DNA of 64,000 bases from Candidatus Latescibacterota bacterium. GTDB taxonomy: Bacteria; Latescibacterota; UBA2968. This document shows, piece by piece, positions 63,756 to 64,000 of the stretch. Location: contig OZ240241.1 of the NCBI GenBank assembly GCA_965198115.1, forward strand, positions 6,240,001-6,304,000. Reading direction: 5' to 3'. Made by a program: the position numbers and the translations under genes. The notes beneath the pieces are model-generated. The model searched no databases. It worked only from the letters and a program-made list of their open reading frames with translations, and was not told the DNA's origin. The stretch's first letter is position 1. Each line of letters begins with the position of its first letter.

Positions 63756-64000
63756 ACGTTTCCACGCCAGGTCAGCTCTCCACCGAACGCACGATAGAGG
63801 ATTCTGGCGACACGATCTTTCACGTGTCGTGCCCCCCCGGTCTGGCCCGTTTGCTGAAAATCGAGCTCGATTCCCTCGGATTCGAATCCACCGGATCCCC
63901 TTCGGCCGGTGCCAACCTGAAGGGTTCGATCGAAGATGCCTACCGAGCTTGTCTATGGTCCCGCGTGGCCACGCGCTTGCTCTGGCCGATCGCGCGGTTC
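63752..64000 (+). CDS. rlmL: 23S rRNA methyltransferase RlmL/RlmKL N-terminus (THUMP), cut by window end; start uncertain
   Basis: Manual translation: SCPPGLARLLKIELDSLG...DAYRACLWSRVATRLL. Confidence 0.75.
   Translation, partial: MNVSTPGQLSTERTIEDSGDTIFHVSCPPGLARLLKIELDSLGFESTGSPSAGANLKGSIEDAYRACLWSRVATRLLWPIARF

Overview
A GC-rich bacterial chromosomal segment holding mostly catabolic and housekeeping genes (dehydrogenases, enolase-family dehydratases, sugar kinases and isomerases, peptidases, uppP, glcB, glyA, pyrB, modA, cutA, partial rlmL). Many genes carry single-base frameshifts, mostly in homopolymers, which suggests an unpolished long-read assembly. Mobile DNA: a nest at one CTAG site (IS630 carrying a nested IS256, a 174-bp MITE, a second IS630) that splits a sugar-phosphate isomerase gene, a third IS630, and three ISL3 copies that all sit at A7G tracts. 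The most unusual locus (26.4-31.6 kb) is a stand-alone flagellar switch (C-ring) paralog cluster: fliM, fliN, a probable FGE-sulfatase-fold::FliG fusion, fliN and a FliM::FliG fusion. It has no fliF, stator or export genes. Both FliG fusions carry a FliF-C-terminus-like helix in cis, which suggests a membrane-independent C-ring-derived scaffold (inference). Other points of note: a ~65-bp element placed in the same orientation just upstream of five genes, a 34-aa Cys/Asp-rich peptide coupled to a SigZ-type ECF sigma factor, a pyrL-like leader and attenuator before pyrB, an orphan flgM-like gene, and three in-frame amber codons. No CRISPR array, rRNA or tRNA was recognised. All family assignments come from motif recognition by eye, not from database searches.
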